DNA of 64,000 nucleotides from a virus, in IMG/VR virus record IMGVR_UViG_3300017987_000006, positions 1 to 64,000 of that record, one strand, 5' to 3'. The notes under the pieces were generated by a model. It was not told the origin of the DNA. It saw nothing but the letters and a program-made list of their open reading frames with translations, and did not search any database. Both the position numbers and the translations under genes were made by a program. Numbering within the stretch: the stretch's first letter is position 1; each line of letters begins with the position of its first letter. Positions 1 to 8,460 of this stretch are shown piece after piece.

Positions 1-2
1 CT

Positions 3-401
3 GTGCGGCTGAAGGATGGGGGACTGGACCTTGGGTACCTACAGGTGGACTACGGAGACAGGAACGTTGATTATGATGTGCTCAACCTTTACGAACTAAG
101 GTTGGCCTACGCCTTGACGGTGCACAAGAGTCAGGGCAGCGAATACCCGATAGTGATCGTTCCCGTACACGAGCTGAACAAGTTCATGCTGACTCGTAAG
201 TTGTTGTACACGGCAGTTACTAGAGGGAAGGAACGAGTCTACCTCATCGGGCAACGGTCTGCCGTGCGGGCCGCGGTACAGAACAACCGCGATGAGTTAA
301 GAAACACCGACCTGATGCGTAGGGTGCTTGACATCTTCGATCGTGGGTCCGAAGAGCAGGAAAAACCCGATAACACTCAAAAAGAGGAGGTACCGGAATG
401 A
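3..401 (+). CDS. recD2: RecD2-like SF1B helicase, C-terminal part (truncated by window start)
   Basis: LAYALTVHKSQGSEY and LLYTAVTRGK are helicase motifs V/VI typical of the RecD/RecD2 C-terminal domain. Confidence 0.9.
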   Translation: MRLKDGGLDLGYLQVDYGDRNVDYDVLNLYELRLAYALTVHKSQGSEYPIVIVPVHELNKFMLTRKLLYTAVTRGKERVYLIGQRSAVRAAVQNNRDELRNTDLMRRVLDIFDRGSEEQEKPDNTQKEEVPE

Positions 402-625
402 GCGGATACATGTATTGCACGTGCCGGGATTGCTTTGAACTGATCGTGGGCGAGGAGGGGGATTACTGCGACGATTGCATCGAGGCGGGGTGTCCGGACT
501 ACCAAGGCCAGAAGGGGATGAGTCAGGAGTGTCAGGGCAAGCACGCGTACGGCACACCGTGCGGAGACCCGAGCTGCTGTCCGCCGGAGGACTACGAGGA
601 GGTGACTGATGAAGCGAGATCCTGA
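398..625 (+). CDS. Small Cys-rich hypothetical protein
   Basis: Start overlaps upstream stop; CxCxxC, CxxC and further Cys. Confidence 0.6.
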   Translation: MSGYMYCTCRDCFELIVGEEGDYCDDCIEAGCPDYQGQKGMSQECQGKHAYGTPCGDPSCCPPEDYEEVTDEARS

Positions 626-869
626 TTTGTCTGAGGAGAGAAACTTCCGTTCGAGGAAGGACCCGATTGGGGGGAGGTTCCTCGGCGGAACCGCAGACTA
701 TACGATCACCATGAAGGTCTACGTTCGCTCGGCGATAGGTCAGGAGGTCCCAGACCAGAGGACGGTGGAGAACAAGATCACCAGCTTGCTACTGGCCCAG
801 CCGCGGCTGGACGAGGGAGCGTTCTGGGATGTTGCCGCAACTTCCATTCCGGGCTCTGGAACAGAGTAG
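609..869 (+). CDS. Hypothetical protein
   Basis: GGAGG SD upstream; packed + strand run. Confidence 0.6.
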   Translation: MKRDPDLSEERNFRSRKDPIGGRFLGGTADYTITMKVYVRSAIGQEVPDQRTVENKITSLLLAQPRLDEGAFWDVAATSIPGSGTE

Positions 870-870
870 G

Positions 871-1125
871 GTGGCCGGGAAGTCCCACTACTGGCGCAGC
901 GTGGTGTGTGAGGGGTGTGAGAGGCGCTGCCGCTACAGGGACTTCAGGGTATTTGATCGGAACGGTTTTGCGGACACGAAAGCATCACTCTGGAAAGATG
1001 ACCCTGACCCGTCCACCTGGCGCTACAAGCGTCGGGGGACGGTGTTGGGGATCATGCATGAAGAGAAACGACAAATGTGGGAGAGCATGATAGCAAGCTG
1101 CCCACACAGGAAGAGAGATGAATGA
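871..1125 (+). CDS. Hypothetical protein with CxxCxxxC
   Basis: GTG start chosen just after upstream stop; CEGCERRC. Confidence 0.55.
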   Translation: MAGKSHYWRSVVCEGCERRCRYRDFRVFDRNGFADTKASLWKDDPDPSTWRYKRRGTVLGIMHEEKRQMWESMIASCPHRKRDE

Positions 1126-1316
1126 AGAAGAAAAGGAAGAAGGGCAAGCCGCCGAAGGACAGGCAGAAGCCGGAGAAGATCAAGTCTGTATGGTATCACG
1201 CGAATGGAGATGCAGCGGTGGATCCGCGACATATCGAGGTGGAGTTACGAGGACCTCTTGGAGATCCAAAAGGGGTTGCAAGAGGAGGCCCGGGAGGCGA
1301 TGATCTCTTTGGATAA
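1122..1316 (+). CDS. Small basic hypothetical protein
   Basis: ATGA overlap; Lys-rich N-terminus. Confidence 0.55.
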   Translation: MKKKRKKGKPPKDRQKPEKIKSVWYHANGDAAVDPRHIEVELRGPLGDPKGVARGGPGGDDLFG

Positions 1317-1330
1317 TCAGGAGAAGAAGG

Positions 1331-1927
1331 ATGGCGATGAAGGTAACGTATAGATTCGGAGGATATGCGATCCAGGCCGAGACCGGAAGTCTGCTGGCGT
1401 TGCTGTGCAGCCAGCTGAGGGTGGAGTTTCCAGATCTGGTGATGCGGCGGAAGCGGGATGTGTGGTACCAATACATCGCCCACGTCTTCATCGTGATCTT
1501 CACCCTCGGCTTCAATCGAAGGTACTTCGAGTACACGACGACCGGACCAAACGTCATCGACATCTCAGATACGGCGCATGCTCGTATTTGTGCAGGATCT
1601 CATTCGGACAGAATCTGGGAGCTGCTGATGCATGAACGGGTTCACCTGCGGCAGTTCAGAGACCGCGGAAAAGCGGTGATGGTGCTGGACTGGTTGTTCC
1701 CGCCGACTATCAGGTGTTACGGCCGGGCCAAGCGTATCGAGCTGCCAGCGTACCTGGTATCTTTGCAGTGCAAGTTCAGGACGGATAGGGAGTGGGCGGA
1801 GAGCAAGGAGTATAGAGAGTGGTGGATCGGCCAGTTCACCGGGCCGGGGTACGGGTGGTCTTGGACGAAGAGATCTGATGTGGAGAAGTGGTTTGACGAC
1901 GAGCTAAAACAATTACAAGGAGATTAG
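1331..1927 (+). CDS. Putative HExxH zinc metallopeptidase-like protein
   Basis: LLMHERVHLRQ plus downstream Glu (IELPAY); one hydrophobic segment near N-terminus. Confidence 0.55.
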   Translation: MAMKVTYRFGGYAIQAETGSLLALLCSQLRVEFPDLVMRRKRDVWYQYIAHVFIVIFTLGFNRRYFEYTTTGPNVIDISDTAHARICAGSHSDRIWELLMHERVHLRQFRDRGKAVMVLDWLFPPTIRCYGRAKRIELPAYLVSLQCKFRTDREWAESKEYREWWIGQFTGPGYGWSWTKRSDVEKWFDDELKQLQGD

Positions 1928-1928
1928 A

Positions 1929-2138
1929 GTGGACCTACCGAGAGACAAGCTGTACTTCTTCGAGGGCTTCATCAAGAAGGAAGCGCCTTCTGGGAAAGCG
2001 TTTCTGCTAGAGGTTGAGGGGGTCGAAGTTTGGGTTCCCAAGGCTTGCATCGACGACAAGAGCGAGGCGTATGAGGAAGGAGACGAAGGAGAGATCGCAA
2101 TCCCGCTAGATATGGCAGAGGAGAAAGGACTGGTGTAA
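1929..2138 (+). CDS. Hypothetical protein
   Basis: Acidic small beta-rich ORF (VEVWVPKACI); GTG start after GGAG. Confidence 0.6.
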   Translation: MDLPRDKLYFFEGFIKKEAPSGKAFLLEVEGVEVWVPKACIDDKSEAYEEGDEGEIAIPLDMAEEKGLV

Positions 2139-2428
2139 TGGATCAAGAAAATGTGAGGGTGACTCCGCAGGCGCTGGGGGCGTTGGTGTGGATGGGTTCC
2201 GTGGCGAAGGAGGTGACGGCTGAGTGGTTGGCGAAGAAGATGGAGATCGAAGTCGGGGATGTTATCAGCACACTCGACAGAATGGAGCGGGCCGGCGTTG
2301 TGGAGGACGTGGACGCGGAGCGTTTCTATCTGACTGATGGCGGGTGTGGGCTCTACGATGCGATATACAGTTCTGTGGTCGCGGTGAGTGAAGACAAGGA
2401 GTTGATGGGGGAGTCCGATGCTGAATAG
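2138..2428 (+). CDS. Winged-helix DNA-binding protein
   Basis: VTAEWLAKKMEIEVGDVISTLDRMERAGVV...FYLTDGG fits a wHTH pattern. Confidence 0.6.
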   Translation: MDQENVRVTPQALGALVWMGSVAKEVTAEWLAKKMEIEVGDVISTLDRMERAGVVEDVDAERFYLTDGGCGLYDAIYSSVVAVSEDKELMGESDAE

Positions 2429-2648
2429 CTACAACCGCGTAAAGGTCTTCAGCGCGACCAAGGCTAGAGATCGAGAAGAGCTGGGAGAGAGGGTGACAGA
2501 GTGGATGGCCGACTACGATGGGGAGGTTGTGGACACGGTGATTACGCAGTCCTCCGATAGGGAGTTCCACTGCTTCACCATCACGCTGTTCTGCACAGAA
2601 GATCCTAATCCACAGCCAAAGCGGAAGAGGAGGAGAAATGGTGGATAG
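2418..2648 (+). CDS. Small conserved protein (FSATKARDRE...QSSDREFHCFTITLF)
   Basis: Resembles, from memory, a small uncharacterised myxobacterial protein family. Confidence 0.6.
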   Translation: MLNSYNRVKVFSATKARDREELGERVTEWMADYDGEVVDTVITQSSDREFHCFTITLFCTEDPNPQPKRKRRRNGG

Positions 2649-2913
2649 CCCTCTCCAACACGTAGCGATCCAGACAACTCTCGGAGCGTTCTACGTCTTC
2701 CCAGATCTTACGGCGGAGATGGTGGTGGAGCTGCGACAGCACCTCGAGGCAAAGACCGACAATGTTGTGGTCCGCAATATCAGCGGCGCAGCGATGACGG
2801 TTCCGCGGAAGATCATTGAGTTGGTTGGCACTCTCTACGATGGGCCGGAGATACAACCAGCGCACCCGACACACCCCGCCCCCGGGGTTGTGGTGTTCTG
2901 GAGAAAGCAGTGA
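2638..2913 (+). CDS. Hypothetical protein
   Basis: AGGAG SD; overlapping start/stop. Confidence 0.6.
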   Translation: MVDSPLQHVAIQTTLGAFYVFPDLTAEMVVELRQHLEAKTDNVVVRNISGAAMTVPRKIIELVGTLYDGPEIQPAHPTHPAPGVVVFWRKQ

Positions 2914-3329
2914 AAAAGAAGAAGACACCGCCGGGCCGGTTCTTGATCAAGAGGCTTGATGCCATTCCCCCAGACGGCGGGCTCGATCTGACCAAGAAGC
3001 TGGTCAAGAACTTTTTGGCGATCAATGTGAAGTATGCTGGCGACCTGAAACAGCTCGCCGAGCGGTACGGGCTGCACTATCTTCGGTCCAAGAGAATGCG
3101 CAAGGCGGAGCTCGTGCAATGGATCGCCGATCATCATCCGGCAGTGCGGATGCTGGAGGGAAAGTACATGATCGGCGTCGATTGGGGTAGTCGGGAGGAC
3201 CTGTCGGCGTGTGTGGTTTACAAAATGGGGCCGGAGGGGGGACTGAGACTCGTTGCCATCAAGGAGGACAAGCGATGGACGAATATGATAGCGCAGCAGG
3301 AAGAGACAAGGAGTACGACGAAGCCTTGA
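2910..3329 (+). CDS. Hypothetical protein, possible Rho-N/HeH-like nucleic-acid binding segment
   Basis: GTGA overlap; DLKQLAERYGL...MRKAELVQWI. Confidence 0.5.
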   Translation: MKKKKTPPGRFLIKRLDAIPPDGGLDLTKKLVKNFLAINVKYAGDLKQLAERYGLHYLRSKRMRKAELVQWIADHHPAVRMLEGKYMIGVDWGSREDLSACVVYKMGPEGGLRLVAIKEDKRWTNMIAQQEETRSTTKP

Positions 3330-3766
3330 ACGAGAAGGCTCGGGGGATGCGGGGCAGGGATGGGGCGGACGTGCCGCCTTTCATGCGTGAGCGCGTGGCC
3401 TTCCTGAAGAAGATCCGGAACTCCCGGTTCCGCTGGCGGCCCTCTACCTACGGTTATGATCCGAACAAGTACAGCCCTGAGGTCGTGGAGGAGTTCGTGG
3501 GTGCTGTGGAGGAGACCCTGCCACCGGGTGCGTTCATGGCGCTGTTTGTGATCTTGGCCACCGGCCACGAGCCGATGCTGGGGTCGTTCGACGGGAGGGT
3601 GCAGAACGATATGAGATCGTTTTACGGGTTCTGGTTGGGGGTGAATGGGCGGACCAGGTCAAATATCCTCGACAAGATGCGGATCCGTTTGTATGAGGAG
3701 CAGCACAAGAAGTACGTCGAGGCCTTCCATAAGAAGGCCAGGGCGGAGGAGGCATCTGGAAAATGA
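3275..3766 (+). CDS. Hypothetical protein
   Basis: AAGGAGG SD at 3261-3267 before ATG 3275. Confidence 0.65.
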   Translation: MDEYDSAAGRDKEYDEALNEKARGMRGRDGADVPPFMRERVAFLKKIRNSRFRWRPSTYGYDPNKYSPEVVEEFVGAVEETLPPGAFMALFVILATGHEPMLGSFDGRVQNDMRSFYGFWLGVNGRTRSNILDKMRIRLYEEQHKKYVEAFHKKARAEEASGK

Positions 3767-4200
3767 TCTTCAATATCGGAGACCCGGTGTGGAACGCGGC
3801 CCTGGTAGAGAAGCTGGTCTATGTTTCTCACGAAGAGGCATCACATGCGCTCCAGCTCTACACAGAGGACGTGAAGGATGACATTGCGGCGAGGAAGGTG
3901 ATGGGGGCCCTGCCAGCTCGGGTGCGCATCCAGGAGAAGAATCTTTCGTCTTTGGCGGAGTTCTTTGTGCTTCAGACGTTCTTTCATCACCAGAAGCATT
4001 TGCAAGATCGGTGGGGCAATAGGCGAGTGATTTGGATCACAATGCAGGACGCACATGGAGAACCGGAGGAGTACGCACGGAGGGCCCACTTCTTGTTGTG
4101 GTCTGAGGAGGAGGATATGTTCAAGGGTGCGGAGTTGAAGCTGGAGAACGGAGTTGTCATCACCTTTGATCATCAACCGGGGGCGGAGGGAAGCAAATGA
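3763..4200 (+). CDS. Hypothetical protein
   Basis: ATGA overlaps at both ends. Confidence 0.65.
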   Translation: MIFNIGDPVWNAALVEKLVYVSHEEASHALQLYTEDVKDDIAARKVMGALPARVRIQEKNLSSLAEFFVLQTFFHHQKHLQDRWGNRRVIWITMQDAHGEPEEYARRAHFLLWSEEEDMFKGAELKLENGVVITFDHQPGAEGSK

Positions 4201-4727
4201 GCTTTGTAGAAGAGTTTGGAAAGATCGTAATCATCTTGCGGGCCCCACCAGGGGCCGGCAAGACGACATTTGCCTCGTTTCTACGCGAAATGATCAAGCA
4301 CACGCAGATCACCACGACATATGTCTCGATGGATGCCATCAGGGAATCAGAAGGGAGGAAGTTTTCCTACACCAACCTGCAGGAAGACGTACGGAAGATG
4401 GATAGAATGTTCGATGCGGCGGTGGAGGGCGGGATCAACATCATCATTCTGGACAATACTCACTCTCGAGAGTGGGAGTACGCCCGAAAGAAGGACAAGG
4501 CCGAGAGGTACGGCTACACGGTCTTCCTCATCGAGGTCCAGTCGGACTTCTGGACTTGCCTGCGACGGCAGAAGCACGGAGTCCCGTTCTACAAGATGCA
4601 GGAGATGTTCGATCGGTGGGAGTCACCAATTCGTCGTGGGAAAGATCGAATCAAGGACATGGAAGCTGAGTTAAACAACATCATAGAGGCATTCAAGCCT
4701 TCTACCAAATCGATGGAGAGCGACTGA
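4197..4727 (+). CDS. P-loop nucleotide/polynucleotide kinase (AAA_33, N4BP2/PNK-like)
   Basis: Walker A APPGAGKT, IIILDNTH, lid CLRRQKHGVP. Confidence 0.85.
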   Translation: MSFVEEFGKIVIILRAPPGAGKTTFASFLREMIKHTQITTTYVSMDAIRESEGRKFSYTNLQEDVRKMDRMFDAAVEGGINIIILDNTHSREWEYARKKDKAERYGYTVFLIEVQSDFWTCLRRQKHGVPFYKMQEMFDRWESPIRRGKDRIKDMEAELNNIIEAFKPSTKSMESD

Positions 4728-5449
4728 TGAAGACGATCGATGTGAAAGATGCTCGAGCAATCCTGGACGCGATGAAGCAGGCCCAGGAGGCCAAGGGGGG
4801 AGAGAAGGACAAGAAGAAGACCACAATGCCGACGAAGGAAGAGATCGAGGTGGCGGTGGCGTCCGTGGTGCTCGAGGAGCAGAAGACGTGGCCGGAGTGG
4901 ATCGTCGAGATCATCGGTGGTTGGACGCCCAGCAAGGCGTCATTTTCCAAGGGCGTGCCGTACGTCATTGGCGCGTACATGCACCACGCGTTGGAGCGAC
5001 TACGTGAAGAGACACACAAGAAGGTTCGGGAAACGGAGCTGGAATCGGTGAGGGAGATGGGGTCGGTCAGCATCGAGTTGAAGGAGAGGGAGGAGATGTT
5101 CAAGCAGTCGACGGCTGATACCATCTCCGATCTCGAGAAGGAGAGGAACAGCAAGCTCAAGCAGCTAGATAATCTGAGGGCTGAGATCCACGAGGAGTAC
5201 AACGAGCTTTTCAAGGCTCTTCGCGAAGTTGATCCCCCGGACGACATCCTAGAGCTGCGAGAGAAGAGGAAGTTCATCGAGAAGGAGTACGACGCCGCGG
5301 TGGACGAACTGGAGCTGGAGTACAAGGAGTTGAAGGAGCAGATCATAGCCATTGACGAGGCGAAGGAGAACTGGAACTCTAAGGGACGCAAGAAGAAGCG
5401 CAAAGCCGAGAAGGAAGAAGCTGGCGAGCAGGCCAAGCAGCAGGTATAA
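4727..5449 (+). CDS. Coiled-coil hypothetical protein
   Basis: E/K/L-rich heptad-like C-terminal half. Confidence 0.7.
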   Translation: MKTIDVKDARAILDAMKQAQEAKGGEKDKKKTTMPTKEEIEVAVASVVLEEQKTWPEWIVEIIGGWTPSKASFSKGVPYVIGAYMHHALERLREETHKKVRETELESVREMGSVSIELKEREEMFKQSTADTISDLEKERNSKLKQLDNLRAEIHEEYNELFKALREVDPPDDILELREKRKFIEKEYDAAVDELELEYKELKEQIIAIDEAKENWNSKGRKKKRKAEKEEAGEQAKQQV

Positions 5450-5457
5450 TCCGCCGC

Positions 5458-5856
5458 ATGGAGAAGCTCAGCTACGATGATCCCAAGCGTCCCAAGATCT
5501 TGGCACTGGACCTTGATGGGACGTTGTTGCACTACGACGGGTACTCCCCGGACATGTTCGGGGAGCCCGTTCGTGGCATGGCCCGCGAACTCGAGCGGAT
5601 TCGAGATGAAGGATGGAAGATCGTAATCTGGACGTGTCGAAAGGACACCCCAGAGCTGAGGAAGCACCTGAAGGACAATGAGGTGCCGTTCGATTACATT
5701 AACGATCATCCCTGGAACGGGCCGGACGACCCTCGGAAGATTCATGCTGACGTCTACGCAGACGATAAGGGATTGTCCTTCACTGGAATCGCGGATGGCT
5801 TCGCAGATCGTGTGCTACATCACCAGCCGTGGTGGCAGCAGGCCGCGTGGCTGTAG
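5458..5856 (+). CDS. Capless HAD-superfamily phosphatase
   Basis: Motif I DLDGT, motif II IWTCR, motifs III/IV K...ADVYADDK. Confidence 0.85.
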   Translation: MEKLSYDDPKRPKILALDLDGTLLHYDGYSPDMFGEPVRGMARELERIRDEGWKIVIWTCRKDTPELRKHLKDNEVPFDYINDHPWNGPDDPRKIHADVYADDKGLSFTGIADGFADRVLHHQPWWQQAAWL

Positions 5857-5876
5857 CGCACGATTTTAGGTGGGAT

Positions 5877-6170
5877 ATGGAACTGTTCAAGGAGCACGTC
5901 TTGGGGGATGACCTGTACGGTGTAGCGTTCGCACCGACGTCGTTTTTCGTTCTCAACTGGATGGCTGGTCTGGTTGAGATCCACGATATTATTTGGCTGC
6001 CGAGGAAGCAGGCGATGTTCTTCGTCGTCAGCAGCAAGGACAAGTCCGGCATCCTGTTCAAATCGGGGCTAATCAGCGGGACAAAGATCGGGGGCTTCAA
6101 GCCGTCGAAGCAGTCCATCATGGTCGAGTGGCCGAGGGGCCACCACATACTAGGAATCGGAGGTAACTGA
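5877..6170 (+). CDS. Hypothetical protein
   Basis: ORF fills gap; AGGTGG SD-like. Confidence 0.55.
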   Translation: MELFKEHVLGDDLYGVAFAPTSFFVLNWMAGLVEIHDIIWLPRKQAMFFVVSSKDKSGILFKSGLISGTKIGGFKPSKQSIMVEWPRGHHILGIGGN

Positions 6171-6583
6171 TGTGGACCATTCTCAGGGCCGTAACAGGGG
6201 AGAAGTTTCTCTGCAAGACAGAGGCAAACCTTCAGCAAGCAGCCATCGAGCGCAAGCCTGTCATGATCACGGAGGTGTACGAGGTCCTCTCGTTGAACAT
6301 GAACATGCCGGGTGGGCTCATGAAGCGCTTGACTCGGATCACCTTCATGGATTTTCAGGAGCGGGGACCGCTGCCAAAGATGTTCGTGGTCCCGGCGGGG
6401 TGGTACGAGCCAGACCAGGCCTTCATCGAGGCCCAGCTTCAGCAGATGAAACGCGACATGGAGCAGGCCGCAGAGCAGGAGAAGAAGATCATGGAGGAGA
6501 TCCAGCGCCAGCAGTCTCCTCTTGCTCAAGTGCACATGGTGCCGAAGATGAGTCCGGTCGACCCAAGGATGCGTCGCCGGTAG
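6170..6583 (+). CDS. Hypothetical protein
   Basis: GGAGGT SD; 1-nt stop/start overlap. Confidence 0.65.
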   Translation: MWTILRAVTGEKFLCKTEANLQQAAIERKPVMITEVYEVLSLNMNMPGGLMKRLTRITFMDFQERGPLPKMFVVPAGWYEPDQAFIEAQLQQMKRDMEQAAEQEKKIMEEIQRQQSPLAQVHMVPKMSPVDPRMRRR

Positions 6584-6609
6584 AACTCCGCCCAGGCTTC
6601 GGCCTGTGC

Positions 6610-6894
6610 ATGAATTGCAACAACCCAACGAAGGGCAGATACAACTACCGAGGTGTCATTGTCTGCTCTCACTGTTTCTCGCTCGCCCAGATGTGCGACA
6701 GGCGGGCGGTGAAGCAGGTGCGTGATTTACTCGCTGTCTATCGCGAGTCTCTTCGTGTGTCGCTCGCCAGCGGCAAGCTGCGCCCGTCCTCTCAGATCCC
6801 AGACAAGGACACTAAGGTGTCCAAGCTCCCGCCTCAGGAGGAGCTTCGGCGCGTGCTTCAGGGCCTCGCCGATATCAAAAAGCGATCCGAATAG
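6610..6894 (+). CDS. Zinc-finger hypothetical protein
   Basis: CMNC (first Cys just upstream of ATG 6610, so the start may be earlier) and CSHC. Confidence 0.55.
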   Translation: MNCNNPTKGRYNYRGVIVCSHCFSLAQMCDRRAVKQVRDLLAVYRESLRVSLASGKLRPSSQIPDKDTKVSKLPPQEELRRVLQGLADIKKRSE

Positions 6895-6902
6895 ATCGTC
6901 CG

Positions 6903-6915
6903 TTCTCGGTATAAG
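6903..6915 (+). promoter_or_regulatory. Candidate promoter motif (TC)GGTATAAG
   Basis: Intergenic, 35 nt before ATG 6950; recurs at 34499-34506 (+) and 50518-50527 (-) at similar distance from starts. Confidence 0.4.
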
Positions 6916-6949
6916 CTCTTTAAGAGACAATTTCAAAGGAGGACTTACA

Positions 6950-7444
6950 ATGTGTGCAGAGTTTTCTCTAATTTGTCCTCGGTGCTCAGCACCGCCCGAG
7001 GATGCTCGTTTGGCTGTTGTATCTGGGAGGTTTAGTGCTCGGAGTATGCCTTTAAACGATGACGGATTCAGTCCCACGGACGCGAGGGGCTTCGATACCG
7101 ATGATGAGGTGGTGCACTGCTCGATGTGTGATAGCCGGTTTCCTATCGGGGAATGCCTTATAGGTAATCACCTCGTTCATGCGGAAGAGTTGGAGATCTG
7201 GGGAATGGCGGATATGGGTGACGGGCGGCTGACAGCGACCACGGAGATCTTGGGCACTAATATGCACGTCACCTTCATCCGTGTGGAGAAGAACAGCAAC
7301 CACATCCAGATCGCTAAACATCCGATTGCACAGAACATGTATACGCATCTGTGCATGATGGATCCCGGAGGTCCCTTCCGGACGGTGCAGCTGGCTGATC
7401 GGGACGGAGAGTGGGTTATGATCATCACACCGTTTCAGGAGTAG
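6950..7444 (+). CDS. Zinc-ribbon hypothetical protein
   Basis: AAAGGAGG SD; CPRC...CSMC. Confidence 0.7.
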   Translation: MCAEFSLICPRCSAPPEDARLAVVSGRFSARSMPLNDDGFSPTDARGFDTDDEVVHCSMCDSRFPIGECLIGNHLVHAEELEIWGMADMGDGRLTATTEILGTNMHVTFIRVEKNSNHIQIAKHPIAQNMYTHLCMMDPGGPFRTVQLADRDGEWVMIITPFQE

Positions 7445-7448
7445 CACG

Positions 7449-7931
7449 ATGGCTAACAACTACATGCAGTTCAGCGAGAAGATCGACGGTTTGACGCCGG
7501 AGGCGGCAGAGTGGGTCGAGACCGTTCTGGGATTCCGGGATGACTACGAGGATGAGGAAGCGGCCAAGGCCGCACTGGCCGACTTGTTGGGGGTGGAAAA
7601 GGAGGAGCTGGCGGAGCTGGTGGACCTCGACATGGACTTTTGGCCTAACTTCGATTGGCAGGTGGAGGGAGCAAAGAAGAGCTCGTTGTGGCTCACGGAC
7701 AATGGCGAGAGCTTCGGATTCGACGAGCTCGTGCTGTTCGTTCACGCGCTGATCAAGAAGTGGATGCCTGACCACATCTTCACGATGACGTGGGCCGGCA
7801 CCTGCTCCAAGCCCCGGCTTGGGGAGTTCGGAGGGGGTTGGGCGGTGGTGACCAAGGATGTGGTGGACTACGAGGACACCTGGGCGGAGGTCAACGCCAG
7901 GGTCAAGAAGTACCAGAAAGAGGGAGCATGA
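7449..7931 (+). CDS. Hypothetical protein
   Basis: MANNYMQFSE...TWAGTCSKPRLGEFGGG; coherent codon style. Confidence 0.7.
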   Translation: MANNYMQFSEKIDGLTPEAAEWVETVLGFRDDYEDEEAAKAALADLLGVEKEELAELVDLDMDFWPNFDWQVEGAKKSSLWLTDNGESFGFDELVLFVHALIKKWMPDHIFTMTWAGTCSKPRLGEFGGGWAVVTKDVVDYEDTWAEVNARVKKYQKEGA

Positions 7932-7932
7932 G

Positions 7933-8460
7933 ATGATCGAGGCATTCAAGCCGGGAACGAGGGTACGGTTTGTTCTTTCACCTGGCATGGGGGGAGGTCT
8001 GGGGGGCAGGGCGAAGATCTCTGATAAGATCCCTACTGGGAAGTGGGACTGGAAGATTCCAGGATATTGGGGTGAGGGATTCTACTTGGTGGAGTCGGTG
8101 CCGGAGCAGCGGAAGATGCTGGTCAACGAAGACGATCTGGTGCTGGACGTCAACTTGGGCACGTCGGAGCCCAACCACTGCCGTTGGGGCACGAGGCACT
8201 TGTTCAGGCAGGGGATTTGTATCAGCCACGTGGCTGTAGGTGGTGTACTAGATCATGAAGACGGGAAGTTCGAGGTGTACTTGGCGGGGAACCCAAAGTC
8301 CACACACATCGGCACAGCTCCTACGATGGACAGAGCGAAGGTGACGGCATTGAGGTTCTTCACCAAGTATCCAGAGTTGGTGATCAAAGACCACGATGAG
8401 ATGGACTGGAAGAAGTTTTGGTCGACCAAGAAATCCTTGCAAGGACAAGAGGAGGAGTAG
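7933..8460 (+). CDS. Hypothetical protein
   Basis: GGGAG SD; abuts next gene. Confidence 0.6.
   Translation: MIEAFKPGTRVRFVLSPGMGGGLGGRAKISDKIPTGKWDWKIPGYWGEGFYLVESVPEQRKMLVNEDDLVLDVNLGTSEPNHCRWGTRHLFRQGICISHVAVGGVLDHEDGKFEVYLAGNPKSTHIGTAPTMDRAKVTALRFFTKYPELVIKDHDEMDWKKFWSTKKSLQGQEEE

Noticed and set aside
5445-5450. Leaderless promoter (TATAAT 7 nt before ATG 5458)
   Set aside because: It overlaps the upstream TAA stop and has no credible -35; cannot be told from chance.
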